The translations under genes were made by a program, and so were the position numbers. Shown here piece after piece: positions 62,560 to 64,000 of a stretch of DNA of 64,000 nt. This DNA is from Mobula hypostoma. Taxonomy: Eukaryota. The notes below the pieces were generated by a model that was not told where the DNA came from, searched no databases, and was given only the letters and a program-made list of their open reading frames with translations. The stretch lies in assembly GCF_963921235.1 (NCBI RefSeq), contig NC_086097.1:14694001-14758000 (forward strand), written 5' to 3'. Numbering within the stretch: the first letter of the stretch is position 1; each line of letters opens with the position of its first letter.

Positions 62560-63820
62560 AGTTTGAGTTAATATTTTTATTGTAACTTAACCCCATTAAT
62601 GATGGATAAATACATACAGCATTATCTCTATAAGTCTGAAGATGGTGAAACCATCACGATTGCAGGAACAATTCTGTAAAAGACACTCTGAAAAGGCTAC
62701 TTGTGGTATTGCTCAGTTCCAGAAGATGAAAGATGCATTTGAAAAGTGTTGCACTCTCAAGTTATTTGCCAAGAAAGCCAAAAATGACCTTGACAGTGGT
62801 CTCATTGCTTGTTATAATAATAAATTTCCAAAATGATGGCAAAGAGTGGAAAATCTCATACAATTGGTGAAAGATTAATAATGCCTGCTGTATCAGAAGT
62901 GCTCATCAATGTTCTCAAAGTGGATACCATTATTTTGAACATTATAAATATGAAACTATTGAGAATATAGTATTAATGGTAAGACTCTTGGCAGTGTGGA
63001 GGATCAGAGGGATCTTGGGGTCCGAGTCCATAGGTCACTCAAAGCTGCTGTGCAGGTTGACTGTGTGGTTAAGAAAGCATACGGTGTATTGGCCTTCATC
63101 AGTTAGGAGCTGAGAGGTAATGTTGCAGCTATATAGGATCCTGGTCAGACCCCACTTGGAGTACTATGCTCAGTTCTGGTTGCCTCACTAAGGGAGGATG
63201 TGGAAACCATAGAAAGGGTGCAGAGGAGATTTACCAGGATGCTGCCTGGATTGGGGAGCATGCCTTATGAGAATAGGTTGAGTGAACTTGGCCTTTTTTC
63301 CTTGGAGCGACCTGATAGAGGTGTATAAGATGATGAGAGGCATTGATCATGTGAATAATCAGAGGCTTTTTCCCAGGACTGAAATGGCTAGTATGAGAGG
63401 CACAGTTTTAAGGTGCTTGGAAGTAGGTACAGAGGAGATGTCAGGGGTAAGTTTTTTTACGCAGAGAGTGGTGAGTGCGTGGAATGGGCTGCTGGCGACG
63501 GTGGAGGAGGCGGATACGATAGGTTCTTTTAAGAGACTCCTGGACAGGTACATGGATCTCAGAAAAATAGAGGGCTATGGGTAACCCTATGTAATTTCTA
63601 AGGTAAAGACATGTTCGGCACAGCTTTGTGGGCTGAAAGGCCTGTATTGTGCTGCAGGTTTTCTATGTTTCTATGTTTCTATGAAACTGCAAGGTGAGAA
63701 TTTCAGCTTAATCCAAGCAAAAAGTGCAGTATTCACTTTTATTGGAAAATTGGAAATATATAAGCAAAACATCAGGAGAAGAACGTTCTCACAGTTTTCC
63801 TGCACAGAAAGTATAGCACT
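62560..63820 (+). mobile_element. hAT (Charlie/Buster-like) transposase remnant split by a CR1
   Basis: KPSRLQEQF..RH, AKSGKSHTIGE.LIMPA and LQGENFSLIQAKSAVFTFIGKLEIYKQNI. Confidence 0.75.
62960..63683 (+). mobile_element. CR1 3' fragment
   Basis: FFTQRVVSAWNGL...GSFKRLLDRYM with a (tttctatg)n tail. Same subfamily as 36056-36509. Confidence 0.92.
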
Positions 63821-64000
63821 CTACTTCACAAGAGTACTGCTTGCACCTGCAGTCACTGAAGAAGGATTTTCAGAATCAATTCAAAGAAGAACAGCAAGGC
63901 ATCTGGAAAGAAATGGATCCATCAGGCAGATGCAGCATGGATTCGGCAAAGGCAGGTCCCGTTTGACAAGCTTACTGAGTTCTTGGAGAATATGACAAGC

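Overview
This is vertebrate, very probably cartilaginous-fish (shark or ray) intronic or intergenic DNA, judged from V-SINE/HE1-type SINEs and dense CR1, Rex1 and Penelope-derived repeats. I found no host protein-coding exon. Nearly all ORFs in the track are decayed retroelement or transposase fragments, or low-complexity artefacts. The window holds nested CR1, Rex1/Babar, RTE, R4/Dong-type and Penelope-like (PLE) retroelements, Tc1/mariner and hAT remnants, several SINE families, a probable solo LTR and two minisatellites. The most notable signal is a family of short non-autonomous PLE derivatives carrying minimal hammerhead-ribozyme (HHR) motifs. Two copies (2850-3072, 56581-56814) are foldback hairpins flanked by target-site duplications (TSDs). 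The second has perfect 97-bp arms with an intact HHR core on both strands, and the differences between the two copies are mirrored in both arms. A G-rich 20-bp minisatellite carries about 22 perfect let-7 8mer sites on its minus strand. Family assignments come from motif recognition by eye, and boundaries without a TSD are approximate.
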